A stretch of 64,000 bases of DNA from the human T2T-CHM13v2.0 reference genome, Homo sapiens. Shown here one piece after another: positions 14,700-30,539 of the stretch. Position numbers and translations under genes: made by a program. The notes under the pieces were generated by a model. It was not told where the DNA came from. It made no database searches and worked only from the letters and a program-made list of their open reading frames with translations. Numbering within the stretch: the first letter of the stretch is position 1; each line of letters starts with the position of its first letter. Location: the NCBI RefSeq assembly GCF_009914755.1, contig NC_060935.1, one strand, 5' to 3'.

Positions 14700-15860
14700 T
14701 TACCTAAAACTCAGCAAGTTTAAAGTTATATTGATTATTCTTGTTCTTGATGATGAGAATCAGGGAACCCTATAATCCCAGTGAAAGGCCAGCACACGCT
14801 GGTCCCTCAAGTCATCTTGACCTTATCCTTCTCCATTAGCTCCCACATTCAGTTGATTACCAAGACCTGCCAGATTGACCTCCTTGGTATTCCTCTGTTT
14901 TACCCTTTAGTCCCTGCCCAATTGCGTTATCCTCCAGAACTCTCTGCCCAGTCTTGCTTCTCTCAAATCAATTCTCCACGTCAGAGACTCTGACTGAATC
15001 TGTTCTACCAAAATTATAAACCTGACTATGCCATTCTCTGGCTTAGAACACATCACTGTCCCTCCATTACCTGGAGGGTATTTTCCAGACCCTTTAGCAT
15101 GACAAATGAGGCCCCATAAGATCTGACACCTTCCAAATTCTTCAGCCATGCATTCTGAAATGGTTTGGCTCTGTGTCCCCACCCAAATCCCATGCTGAAT
15201 TCTAATTCCCAGTATTGGAGGAGGGGGCTTGGTGGGAAATGACTGAATCATGGTCATTTCCCCCTTGCTGTTCTTGTGACAGAGTTCCCACAAGATCTAG
15301 TTGTTTGAAAGCTTGTAGCACATCCCCCTCCGCTCTCTCTCTCCTGCTCCAACATGTGAAGATGTGCTTGTTTCCCCTTCACCTTCTGCCATGATTGTAA
15401 GTTTTCTGAGGCCTCCCCGACATACTTCCTGCACAGCCTGCAGAACTGTGAGTCAATTAAACCTCTTTTCTTCATAAATTACTCAGTCTCATGTAATTTA
15501 TAGTATAAGAATGGACTAATACGCCTTCCTATACTTCTGAGCAGTTAATCATTCCTTTCCAACACACAATGTGTTATTCTTTTACTCCTCCTTGCCTTTA
15601 CTTATGCTGTTCCCTCTGTCTTGAATGTAATTCCCCATCGTTCTATGTCTGGCTAACTGCTAGGTATCTTTCGAGCTCAACTGGAGTACAATTTCTTACA
15701 AGAAGTCTGATCTACAAGGTAAAGTACACCTTCTCTTTGCATACTTCTATGTAGAACATAGTGTTATTATAAGTGCTTGTGTCCATTTCCTCCCATAAGA
15801 CTAGGCAGTTTAAGGGCAGAATGGGAACTTATTCATCTTTATATCCCCTACTATATTCCC
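14700..15860 (+). mobile_element. Degenerate L2, split by an MSTA LTR
   Basis: Pyrimidine-rich L2-like motifs on both sides of the LTR (GTCATCTTGACC; GCTGTTCCCTCTGTCTTGAATG). Confidence 0.55.
15156..15523 (+). mobile_element. MSTA-like MaLR solo LTR
   Basis: TGAAATGGTTTGGCTCTGTGTCCCCACCCAAATC...GAATGGACTAATAC. Near-perfect 5-bp TSD CATTC/CCTTC. Confidence 0.9.
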
Positions 15861-17539
15861 TGTTAAACTTTTCAAGTAAACTAATTTAAAGATGAGGGTC
15901 TCAGAATACAGGAAGTGATTATATTTTAAACCAAAGTCTAATGCTATTTTTCTACTTGTAACTCTAACTACAAACCAATAATCTTGGAGTTGTAGGGTGG
16001 TTTGTTCTTCCCGATGTAGGAAGAGGGAGAAAATGCTGTTCACCAACATTCCTCTTGGGGTCTAAGCATAAATCATTTTGTGGTCTGAGTGTGGGTGGTG
16101 CTGCTCTGTGCAGGACAAGGGAGAGATTCTTGTTGATCCCAGAATTAAGATTGGAGTGGGTAAGCATTTAAGATTGAAATAGGAAAGAGAACAAATGGAA
16201 GCCAGGAGTTTCAGAGGGATGTGGGTGTTCACTGTGAAACTCTTGCTGACTATTCAAATATTATTAAGCTCATAAAATCCTCAGTTTGTGCGCAAATGGA
16301 TTTTGTTGTGTGTGTGCATGTGCATGTGTATGCATGCATGCACAAGAGGAGTGTAATCTGGGAAAAGGGCACTGGTTTATGTTCAGTTCTGAGGGGCAGA
16401 AAAGAGACAGCATACAAGGGTGCAGGACTGGAGACAGAGAAGACCGTAAGGAAGTGAGCTGTCATGAATTTGCTGTATTTGGTTTATTTTAAGCAATATA
16501 GGCCATATAATTTGAGGTAACGCATGAACCTTGGAGTTAGAATGAGGTGGGTTTCAATTCTTGATCCAACTTTCATTGGGACCTTGGGCCCAATCATTTG
16601 ACATGTCTAAGTCTGAGCCTTTACTTAAATAAAGGGGATAAATAATGCTGTCTTTGGGTTTATTTATAGATTAAATGCTCAATGCATTGTAACTGTTGTT
16701 AGTATAATTAGTGCTGTGTTTTAGGAAGATGTATCTGATAGTGGTTCTAGGGGTGGGCAGATGCCAGGAGAAATTAGAGATAAACTGACCAGAGAATATT
16801 CTAGCAACTCTTCAGACAAAAGAATACGAGAGCATGGATGCAGGAAATAGTGGTGGAAATAGAAAGGAAAAAAGAAACTTTGAAGGATAGGGCTCAGCAG
16901 CTTATTGGTTCAGCATATCTGAGAGAAGGGAGGGTCTAAGAGCAAAGCTTTGCACTATAGTAAGCGGAACATCAAATAGTGATGCCATTGTTTCCAGCCA
17001 TGCTACTGTCCTCTGTGTTCTCAGAACATTCCACCCAGTACCCACTCTCTGAAATACCTGCACTCTCCTCTACACCACCTGAGACCCTAGGCCTTGACTC
17101 AAGTGCTTTGTCACCAGGAGTCTTCCCTGATTTCTCAAGTCTAGGCTTAAATCTTCTTTCTCCAGCCAGCTACTGCACCTCAAGTCACTTCAGCATTGGG
17201 TGGTTAATTATGCTTCATTTCTGGGGTTTTAAATCTGACTTGCCAACTAAATTTCTTGTTCTCTGAAGTCAAAAATCAAATGTCACTCATTTTTCTATCA
17301 TCTCAGCCAGATGGTCCACACCTACTCCCTACTTCTGTGGCTGATCCTTATATTGATGGCTTCCTTTGCTCTGGATCTTCATACAATAAGTGAAACTAGG
17401 AATGTAAATCACTTTTTATGAGAGCCCTATAAGGAAGAGCATAAGTTTGAGAAAGATAGTGGAAGAACCAGGAGACCATTGAAAGAACAAACAAAATCAA
17501 CCCACTACAAATATTATTTTAAATTCATCGTTATATTTG

Positions 17540-17710
17540 TCATTATCAATACCACCATTAACATTTACTGAACACCTGACATATTCCAGATACCTGGATC
17601 TTTTCAGTTAAGCCTCAGAGTGAATCCATGACATGGGTACTATCAATGTCCCCATTTCACAAATGAAGAAACTGAGACTAAGAGAGGTTTAGTAACTTCT
17701 GGGTATTAAC
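17540..17710 (-). mobile_element. MIR
   Basis: Core CCCATTTCACAAATGAAGAAACTGAGACTAAGAGAGGTTTAGTAACTT. Confidence 0.75.
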
Positions 17711-17814
17711 AGCTGGATGGAATGATGGAAGACAGAAACTTTAATATTATCCCAGGGCTAGTTGAGTTGTTCTAGTAACCAGATTAAAACAACTGGACAG
17801 GGGAAAGTAGAGGG

Positions 17815-17972
17815 AAGAGCATGGGGTGGTAGAAAGTACACTAGGCTTGGAGTCAGGAGACTGGAGTTTTGGTCCTGATAAAGTTAAGATCTCTAGACCA
17901 GTTTTCTTCATCTAGAAAACGAAGGGATTACACTAGATAAACTCTAAGATGTATTTCACTCCCAGATTCTGT
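17815..17972 (+). mobile_element. MIR/MIR3 fragment
   Basis: GGCTTGGAGTCAGGAGACTGG..CAGTTTTCTTCATCTAGAAAACGAAGGGATT. Confidence 0.6.
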
Positions 17973-18587
17973 GCTAGAAAATACAATCTATTTCTTGATG
18001 TGATAAGATGCTTAGTAGCATCACTTTTAATATAGACACATACATTCTAAGGGGTTATTGGAATTATTAGAGGCAGGACGTCTGGGAAGGGCACATGGAG
18101 TTTTGAGGAGTATTTTGAAACAGTAAAGGAAATGGCATGACATAGAGACATAAGGAAAAAATTCAGGCTAGAATATGGTCAGGAAAATGACTAAAAGGAA
18201 GGAGTGGATGAGTCATGTGCATAACTAACTTGCCTGGCTGCAGGGGGAGGTGCCATCACAGCAGGAAATGGGTATCATTAGTCAGGAAAGGACCAGGTGG
18301 TGATCAATTTTGCAGGCAATGTGAAGATGTCTAAAAATTAGTAAGTGGGGGAAACTAACAAGTTTTTTTTGAGTTTGTTCAGACAAAAAGGACTAGGCGA
18401 ATTGATTTTTATCCATTAATTTATTATCCAGGTATAATAGTAACTTTTATAGCTACCTAACAAGAGCTTTTGAAAAGGAAAAGTATGGAATAGGGAAGTT
18501 ATTCTGGCATGACATTCTAAAAGCCACCTAAGCCAAATAAAATATTTTGGGATTTGAGAGTTACACTTCCTCAGAGCATGCTTATGA

Positions 18588-18608
18588 GTGTGTGTGTGTG
18601 TGTGTGTA

Positions 18609-18643
<35 letters not shown>
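18588..18643. repeat. (TG)n(AG)n compound microsatellite
   Basis: Read directly. Confidence 0.95.
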
Positions 18644-19619
18644 TTCAGATCTAAATGTGGTATGTACATAAATGTAAGAGAAAATTGTGGAGGTCTGTGT
18701 GTTATAGGGTTGGCCTTTTTTAAAGTGATGAAGTGATGGATGGCATATTTTCTTAATTTATTCCCAGAATGTAAAATGACCTAGCCTAACTTTCCAAAGG
18801 TACTGTAAGTTTCTTAAACTTTGTTTCGCCTTTCTGGAATCTTAGTATTCAGGAAGGGGATATTTATCCAAGAGGAATAAAATTGATGAACGCTATAAAA
18901 TTTGTTGGAAAACAGTTCTACTTCTGAGTCATTAGAAAAGAGTAGGACTATTTCCATTTAAAACCTTAATAAAATTATTACCTTTGATAATAAACTAGAT
19001 AGCATAGTTCTTACTAGATTCAAACATATTTTCTCAGAAAGTACATCATGAAAATATTTATTTTCTATTCTGTTTCTGAAACGCATTTTCCATCATTATA
19101 AAAGTGACAAAAGGCATACCTAAAATTTAAAATTTCCTCTGAGTTTTTAAGAAAGATTCCTAAGCAGGGCTGGAAGGCAGAATTGGAAAGGGAGAAAAGA
19201 GAGGGCACTAACTTGAGTGTATATTTGCTCTATGTCAGGCACTATGCTGGACACTTTATGCACCTTATTTTATGTAATCATCATAGCTCTCCAACACATG
19301 AAAACAAAGCATTTGAGTTCCTTGCCTGAGTCCCACATCTAGTTAATGAAAGCAGAAGGATGGAAGCTCCAGCGTACCTACCTCCAAAGCCTATGTCCAT
19401 TCTACCAGCAGTAGACTCATACTATTGACTGTCCCTATTTTGCTTCTCAGGTAGAAGGAAAGGGGTTCCTATCTGTTACTAAAATCCCTTGGTGTTACAA
19501 ATTATTTCTTAGATCATCAGTATAATTTATAAGAACTATTTAGAATCAATTCCACTCAACTTTCTAATTTGCTGACTTGCTACCTTAGGGTAAGCAATTG
19601 GGACAATTAATCTTAAAAT

Positions 19620-20360
19620 AGATATTCAGAATCAGATATCTTCTTATCACTGCCATTGCTTCTATCCTGACCCATGCCTCCATCATCTCTCTTGCCTAGA
19701 TGACTGCGATAGGTTTCTAACTCATTTACCAAATTTAGCCCTTGTCTCTTTTTCAATTTATTCACTCAATGCAGCAGCCCAGGTGGATCCTTAAAATTTT
19801 ACATCATAAAACTCTTCTACTCAAAACTGTCCAATGGTTTGCTTTCCATATTGCCAGAGTAAAAGCCAAAGTATTTAAGGGCATAAAAGACTGTACTTGA
19901 TTTGGCCCATGGACAGCTCATTAATCTAATATCCTGCAGTTTTCTCCACCATAATTTTTCCTCTTTGCCACACAGGTCTTCAATTTCTAAAACAGCAGTC
20001 ATGCTTCTGCCTCATGGCCTTTGCTCGTGGTTTTCCCTCTTCCTAGAACATTCTTCTTCAAGACATCTGCATGGCTTGCTTCTTTAACTCTTTCAGATCT
20101 TACTCAAATGTTAGCAGCTAAATAAGACTTTCCTTATGATCCTGTTTTAAAATTGTAATCCCCCTCCCCATATGCATCCTAGCCATCCTTTCCAGATTTT
20201 TCCACATAAAACTATATTATTTACCTATTCTCTATCTCTCTGACTTGCATATGAGCTCCATATTGTTAGAGAATTTTCTATTTTATTCACTGACATATTT
20301 CTAGTACCTAGAACAGTGCTTGATGCTTGGTAGGAACTCAATAAATTGTTATGGTATGAA
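19620..20360 (+). mobile_element. L2a 3' region
   Basis: CATCATCTCTCTTGCCTAGATGACTGC...CTAGTACCTAGAACAGTGCTTG..AGGAACTCAATAAAT. Confidence 0.8.
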
Positions 20361-20994
20361 AAACTTTATTCAACAATCTTCATTGTGTGTTTACTAACCA
20401 CCATGCACCATTTTAGTCTCATCCCTGCTCCTTAATAGCTATTTTTTCTTAATCACTTAACTTTTGTTAGTCAATTTGTTACCATTTGCAAAAAAATGAT
20501 ATATAGTAGCATAATTTTAATTTGTCAATTTAACGATAAATACACTGAGCAAGTACTATTACACAGACAAAGAACTAAGCCTGTCCTGTTATAGGTGAGA
20601 CCAGTTAAAAAAAAAATGAAGGCACAATGCTTGGTCTTCAAAACATTTAATTCTAAAAGAAGGGTCAAAACAGAAGTACAAATGAAATATAAGGGGAGTT
20701 CAAAGAACATTACATTTTATTCGATAGGTTTAGGAAAGTCTTTGTGGTTTAGTTATTTCATGTGAGTCTTGAATGGTGGTTGAGATTTTGAAGAGGAATG
20801 TGTTCCTGATGAAGCAAAAATATAAAAAAGAAAAGAAATGGATAGAAAGCAATGGAAGACAAAAACATGTCTTGTTGCAAAGAAACAGAGCTCATAGAAG
20901 GGGAGCTCACACTGTACTTTAGGAAGGTAGACACATTCTCAGGAAAGTACAAAAGGTAATATGTCTGTATTAGGTAGAAGTCTTTCAATAGTAA

Positions 20995-21497
<503 letters not shown>

Positions 21498-22464
21498 CAG
21501 TTGGCCGTATTCTTTTTTGTTATGCATAGTTTATTCTGGTCTTCAATCCCTGTGTCACATTCCTGCAAAATTATTTAACAGGTTACTAAATCTATGGCTT
21601 TTAAGCACTTGGGAAGAAATAAGGGTGTACTGGAAGATAAAAATGGTTCACAAACAAAAGTTATGCCAAATTCAGTACACTTCATTTTTTTGAAAGGTTT
21701 ATTAAACTTAAAGATCACATAAATATCATAGGGCACTGAAGTCTCTCAGGATATGAAAATAAGCCATGTTTAGTTTGCCTCGTTAGGCCTTTTGTGATCT
21801 GGCCCCTGAGGTAGCCCAAAGTCTCCTCCCACACCTCCCCTTGCCATACAGAATGTATATGTCTCCCCGGCTAAATAACTAAAATTGAGGGTAGAAAATA
21901 TGTCATTTTTACCATTATAGTTCTATCATCTAGCAAATGTTCTAGCCTTTGGCAGGCATTTAATTAGTGCATCATTTGATCAATAGATTGATTACATTTT
22001 GTAGATTAAAATTTTGGTACGTGGTCTAAAGGAGACTAACAGAGATTTTGGTTGTTTATCGGTAAACAACTTTATTAGAAGTGTGTGTAGGTTTATGTTT
22101 ATTTGTATTTATCTTTAAGCTGTAGAAAGGTCTTTAGGTGACAGCGATAATGTTTGAACCTAGCCACATGTTTTTCAACATTCCCATCAATGATTTAGAT
22201 GGAGAAAATGGAGGAATATTTATTACACCTCCAACAAAGTTCAAAGGGATATATGTGGAATAAAAATAGCAGTAATAAAAAAGATCGTAACAGTCCGTAG
22301 AGATTTAAAAAAATCAAGACTAAATTAAACAAAAAGAAATACAAATTTCTGCATTAGAGTTCAAAATCAACAGTAACAATGAAGATAATGATTTGACAAT
22401 ATTTCCAAAGGAGGAATAGTCGGCAAATAGAAATGTATTTCAGTTCATTGCCTTCATTTGTAGT

Positions 22465-22919
22465 TGCTATGGTTTAAATGTCCCCTCCAAAATCCATGTG
22501 GAAATTTAATCCCCAATTTGGCCACATTGAGGGGTGGGGCCTTAAAAAGGTGATTGGATTATGAAGGCTCTGCCTTCACAAATGGATTAATCCATTCACA
22601 AATTAATGAATTCAAGGGTTAATGGATTAATGGGTTTTCATAGGAGTGGAACTGGTGCTTTTTTAAGTAGAGGAGAAGAGACCTGGGCATAGCATGCTAG
22701 CACATCTGCATGTCAGCAGGCTCAGCCCCCTTGCCATGTGATAGTCTGTGCAGCCTCAGGGCTCTTCAGAGAGTCCCCACCAAGAAGGCTCTCACCAGAT
22801 GCAGCCTCTGGACCGTGGACTTCTCAGCCTTCATCATTGTTAAGAAATAAATTCTTTTTCTTTATGAATTACCCAGTTTCAGGTATTATGTTATAAGCAA
22901 CAGAAAGCCAACTAAGATA
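22465..22919 (+). mobile_element. MSTC/MSTD-like MaLR solo LTR
   Basis: TGCTATGGTTTAAATGTCCCCTCCAAAA...AACTAAGATA, with perfect 5-bp TSD GTAGT. Confidence 0.9.
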
Positions 22920-23035
22920 GTAGTCCTATGCATTTTATTTTCATATTTAAAAATATTCGAGAAGGGATTCATCACTAGGTTGCCAATGGAATTTATGGCA
23001 CAAAATAGCAAATGATCCCTGGCCTACAGGCTCTG

Positions 23036-23063
<28 letters not shown>

Positions 23064-23066
<3 letters not shown>

Positions 23067-24005
23067 CAGTTTTATTGGGATATAATTCATGTACGAGAAA
23101 ACTTGCCCTTTTAAAATGTAACATTAATTGGTTTCTAGTACATTAACAGATTTTAAAATATTTTAATCATCCCAGAAAGAAAAACCCAAACCATTAAGCC
23201 GTCATTCCCCAGTGCACCTTCCCCATCATTTGGAGACATTGATGTATTTTTGTCTCCCACAGATTTGCCTCTTCTGGACATTTCATATAAAAAGAATCAT
23301 ACAATATGTGATCTTTTGTGACTTGTTTTTCTGTATCATGTTTTCAAGGCTCATCGATATTGTGGAATGTATCAGTACCTCATTTTTTATAGCCATATAA
23401 TATGCTATTGTATTGGCACACTATAATTGTTTATCGATTCATTAGTTCAGGGACATTTGGGTTGTTTCCATTTTTTGGCTATTATGAATAATGCTGCCTT
23501 AACACTCACGTACAGGTTTTTGTGTACATGTATATTTTTATTTCTCTTGGGAAAATACCTAAAAGCAAAATTACTGGGTCATATGGTAACTCTGTTTAAG
23601 TTTCTGAGGAACTGCCAGATTGTTTTCCAAACTAGCTGCACCATTTCCAGTAGCACTGTATGAGGGTTTCAGTTTCTTCACATCCTCTTTAACACTTGCT
23701 ATGGTCTGTTTTTTTTTTTATTTAATTATTGGAATACTGGTGGATGTGAGGCGGTATTTCATAGTTTTGGTTTGCATTTCCTTAATGCCTAGTGCTGTTG
23801 AGCATATTTTTATGTGCTTATTTACCATCCATATGTTCTCTTGGGCTAAATGTCTGCTAAAATCTTTTGTCTATTTTTAAAATTGAGTTATTTATTTATT
23901 AATGAGTTGCACATATTCTTTATATATTCTAGATAAATTCCCTTATCAGATATACTGATTGTAAATATTTTTTTTCCAATCTATGGGTTGCTTTTTTACT
24001 TTTAC
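23064..24005 (-). mobile_element. L1M (L1MB-like) 3' end
   Basis: CAGTTTTATTGGGATATAATTCA..GGACATTTGGGTTGTTTCC..GAGGAACTGCCAGATTGTTTTCCAA. Confidence 0.85.
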
Positions 24006-25176
24006 TGACTCTTCTTGACTGTGAAATCAAATTGAGACTTTTGACAATGTTGCTGTTATAATAAATATACAGTCTGGATCAAAATATATCTATTCTCTGC
24101 TAGTCTGGCCACCCTGGAATGTTGAAATCAGTTCAAAGCACCACTGTGTAGAAAGGACACACAAAAAATTAGGTATAAACTTCCAGGGTTGAGCAAGAGT
24201 TCTGAAAACCATTCCACATTTCATATGAGGAAGAGACAAGCTAGCAGAATATATTTAGCACAGAATAAGGACTCTCAAGTTACTAATGGATTCCCAGGTA
24301 ATCCCTTGGAAAACAAAAGTGAAATAAATAAATGCCAAAGAAAGAGACATGTTGGCATCTATATAATAAAGGAATTACAAGAGTCACACAATTCCAAGTG
24401 CCTATGGGGCATTTAATAAATGTTATTTAAATTAATCAAAGAAGAAATGGATTAGACTTACCCAAAAGTTTAGCAGGATGTTTCAACAACGAGTAGACTC
24501 CCACTAATAAGATGTTCAAGAAAGTAAAAGAGCATCTGCTGTTTTTGTGGCAGAAAATTTTCCCTCATTGGTTAAAAAAATGGATAAGATAACTTCCAAA
24601 ATCCTTTCCAAGTCTAAGATTCTATCGCTTTAAAAACCCAGATTAGGCAGCTATTGGAGATTACACATTTTTAATTAATTTTGAATTGGTAATATACTCA
24701 CAAGGGAAAAATCAAGATATAAAGAGACATTTGCACCTTTCTCAAACTGTATTCCAGCCACCCAGAGTCCCTCCCCAGAAATAATCCTCTTAATTTTTTT
24801 ATTCAGAGATATTCTATTATATGAAAATATGTATTATGTTTTTATACAAATGGTAGCTTGTTATACATAATGTTTTTGCATTTTGCCATGTATTCACTTT
24901 AAAATTTATTTTACAGATTACAGTTTTATATCAGTACGGAGATCAATTTTATTCTTAGGGAAGGTTGTACAGTATTCCATAGTATGAGAACTACTGTAAT
25001 TTATTCAACCAGATCCTTGTTAATGGATACTTATATTGTTTTCTATATTTTGCTATTACAAAAAAATGCTACAGTGAATATACTTATGCATTTCTCATTT
25101 TGCATGTGTGAAAATAATTGTAGTTTTTAGAACAAATTACCCACGTAAAATTGCTTGAATCAAAGAGGTTTGCATT

Positions 25177-26881
<1,705 letters not shown>

Positions 26882-27161
26882 CAAAAGGGTTTCCATTTTT
26901 ATTTTTGATAAATTTTTTAAATTGCTTTCTACAGGAGTTGTATTAATTTACCCTTTCACCAAAAATGTTTGAGAGTATCTATTTCCCCTCACTCTCACTC
27001 CCTAACTTAACTGTGTTTTTATTTATTATCTTTACCAATAGAATAGGCAAAAAACGGCATTCACTGTCACTTAATTTGCATTTCTCTTATTATGAATGAG
27101 GCTGACCATCTTTTCATGTTAAACAGCCACTTGCATAAGTTTAAAAATATATACCTTTAGC

Positions 27162-27468
27162 AGTTGGGCATGATGGCTTGCGCCTGTAATCCCAGCACTC
27201 TAAGAGGCCAAGGCAGGAAGACCTTTTGAGGCCACAAGTTTGAGTCCAGCCTGGGCAATATAGTGAGACTCTGTCTCTAAAAAAAATTTTTTTTAATTAG
27301 CCAGATTGGTAGTGCACATTTATACTCGTAGCTACTTGAGAGGCTGAGGCAGGAGGATCACTTTAGCCCAAGAGTTTAAGGTGCAGTGAGCTATGATCAT
27401 GTCACTGCCCTCCAGCCTGAGCAACAGAGAGAAACCTTGCCTCTAAAAAATAAAGAAAAAGAAAAAAA
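27162..27468 (+). mobile_element. AluJ
   Basis: GGAGGATCACTTTAGCCCAAGAG and GAGCTATGATC J-type features. Confidence 0.9.
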
Positions 27469-27848
27469 TCATTAGCTAGTTAGCTACTAGGTTATTGATC
27501 TTTTCCTTAGTGATTAATTTAGACTCTTTATGTATTGTAGCATTAAGGAAATTAGCCATTTATCTGAATGGGTTGCAATTTTTTCCCAGATTGTAATTGT
27601 ATTGACTTTATGTTTTTCTCTCATGGAGACTTCTAAAATTTTATGTAGTTAAACAAAATATTCATTTTTAATGGATTCTGAGATGAGTTTCAACTTAGAA
27701 GAACCTTCCCTATTCCAGGGTAGTAATAAAAATCATCCTATGGGTCTTCTAGTGTTTTTATGATTTTGTTTTTCACATTCAAATCTTTCTACCACCTGGA
27801 ATTTACTTTAAGTAGAGTTAGGAATTCCAGTTATGTTTTTCCAGATAA

Positions 27849-28187
<339 letters not shown>

Positions 28188-28899
28188 TGAAATGTTTTGT
28201 TAAACACAGATAATAGATGAATTTCATAGTCTTGAGTATAGTGTTATAAGGTATGACAGTACCTATAACAGTAGCAAATACATAGAGGTTTAATAGCAGT
28301 ATTAAAAATAGTAACAACAACAACAATAATAATAGTTATACTTACATGGTGCTTAGCATGTGGCAGGCATAGTTCTAAGCATTTTATGCAAATATTACTG
28401 GATAATTCTCTCTACTTTCAGGAATTGATTAGGTTCACAAAATGATGCAAGAATCCAGATCTTTCCTGGACTCTAAGATGAAGTGGCTAGAATATGGGTA
28501 AAAACAGCAAAATCTCTCATAGTTATAGTTGGTTAGAGTTCCAGGAATAAAATACTTTATTCATTTGCCTGCTCAATAGTTCAGTTAGTATTTGTCGAGT
28601 ACAAGGCTTTTCAGTAGGGGAATGGGATAAAGACCAGATCTGATCAGGCAAGACACCACAATTATAGTTTCCATGTGCCAAGCGTCATGTATATTTAGCC
28701 ACCACACACCAGAACAACCAGTTGGCTCCACTCTTATGGTCATGCATACATTCTGATTGGTCAATGCCAAAGCTATATTGGTTGTTAATTTAAATGGCAC
28801 TATAGTGCCAACTACTAAGGTAATTCTTTACAGGTATTGAAAGTGTATTTACATGTATTGAATATATGTATTGAAAATACATCTTTATATGTATAGAAA

Positions 28900-29260
28900 A
28901 TGCTTCTCTGTATGTTTTCTTCATAGCATTTACTACAATTACATATTTTTATGTAATTAGATTATCTTTCTGCAACATTAGACTGTAAGCTACATGAAAG
29001 CTGGAGCACAAAACTATTTGCTCAACATTGAGCCTCAGTATCTAGCACATAATAGATGTTGAATAAATATTTGTCAAATGAATGAATTCATAAATAGTCC
29101 TAAAATCAAATAGATCTAATTTCTAATTCTTTCTCTGCCTCTCCTTGCTGTGTGACTGTGGGCATGTTTCATAGCTTCTCGGTACTTTAGTTTTCTTCTG
29201 TAAATTGACATAATAAATATTACCTAATAGAGTTGCAATCAGAATTAATTGAAATAATAC
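28900..29260 (+). mobile_element. L2 3' end followed by MIR
   Basis: TAGACTGTAAGCT..GAATAAATATTTGTCAAATGAATGAA, then GCTGTGTGACTGTGGGC..TTAGTTTTCTTCTGTAAA. Confidence 0.6.
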
Positions 29261-30539
29261 ATTATCATCATCATCATTATCACCACCATATTGAGTTCTT
29301 ATTATATATCAAGATCCTCTCAGACCTAGAAAAATCTCCTTATGGAATGTGATCCATGCACACACTCATGCTTGAAAATCCAGTCCTGAGATTATGATCT
29401 GAGTGTGCAGGCTTTCCCATAATCTTGTGATTCAGACTCTGGCATCCAAAATCCACCAAGCACAGAGTCAGAAGACAGTGAGAGACCAATTATTTCTTTT
29501 ATGTATGTCTTCTGATTTTGCCTAAGGTGTTTCTCTGAGACATTTAAAACCATGGGGATAGACACATATTGTATAGGGTAAACATAAGGTAGCAGAGCAC
29601 CCGCCAAGCAAGTATGAACTATTTTAGTGGTAAACTGTCCATTCTTCCCTGAGGGTCTGTCATCCAATACTCTTTGAAACTAGATGAGCAACTCATGGGA
29701 TATAACCTTGCATCTGTACTGTAAATGCCCTAAGATTTACCAAGCTGAATTAGCAGCCAGTTTTTCTCTTTTCTCTTCTACTATGAGCTTGATGCTGTCC
29801 TAAAGTGCCTTAAAATCTACATAGAATCTACTCTCACAACAGTAATGTAATAGTAGTCTTTATAATGTCTTCAGACAAAGCTATAAAGTACAGTTTGGGG
29901 AGACAATACTCCAGGAAGGTCATAAAACAATTAAACTTATGGTAGTGTCTCTAGCTTGTTGTTACTATCTAGAACACTGTCTCACAGAGTAGTGCACATT
30001 AAAATAGTGTTATTCAAGTTCCCCACATAAATGAATTTTGAAAGGTAATCAGGAAAGATTTCATGAAACTGTACAGTAATTATCTGAACTCACTGCATGA
30101 CCTCTGTGCACTACCTAAGTCTAAGAAGCTCTTTTCCATATCTTCTGACTACATTCTATTTGTTATTTCATTCATTCAAAAACTGTTTACCAAATAGGTA
30201 TTTTCTATTATGAAGGAATCTAGTAAGTGGATATTTGATTAATGAGGCCTGGTTTCTTCCCCTAAGGGGTTTATAATTTGATGAAGAACATATACAAGAA
30301 AAATCATTGATAATAGTAGAGTTGCTGTTTTAAAAGTTTTTCATCTGCCTTGTTCAGATTTTAGTACTCGTAAGATTCACTCTTAAATTTTCACTTGGAT
30401 TCATTTATCATTTAACCATTTATTGAATGTCTACCATATATACAAAGAACTGAAGGGATACACTAGGAGATTTACCAGAAAAAGGAGCAGGACTCTTGAC
30501 CATAGGTATCTTCTTCACTTAGAATCTAGTCCACATCTT

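Larger units (their letters stand above)
22000..24630 (+). mobile_element. Fragmented CR1/L3 LINE (pieces at about 22000-22440, 24010-24250 and 24430-24630)
   Basis: TTCAACATTCCCATCAATGATTTAGATG, a CAGTTC..CACCAC..AGAAAGGACA motif, and 3' end CCTTTCCAAGTCTAAGATTCTAT resemble CR1/L3. Confidence 0.55.

Noticed and set aside
16308-16344. Cluster of TGCATG (RBFOX-like) motifs
   Set aside because: Expected from decay of a (TG)n tract, and no supported exon lies nearby.
23040-23065. Isolated poly(A) tracts (also about 34928 and 39528)
   Set aside because: They have no TSD or upstream body in the matching orientation. They are expanded A runs within or beside old repeats, not retrocopy tails.
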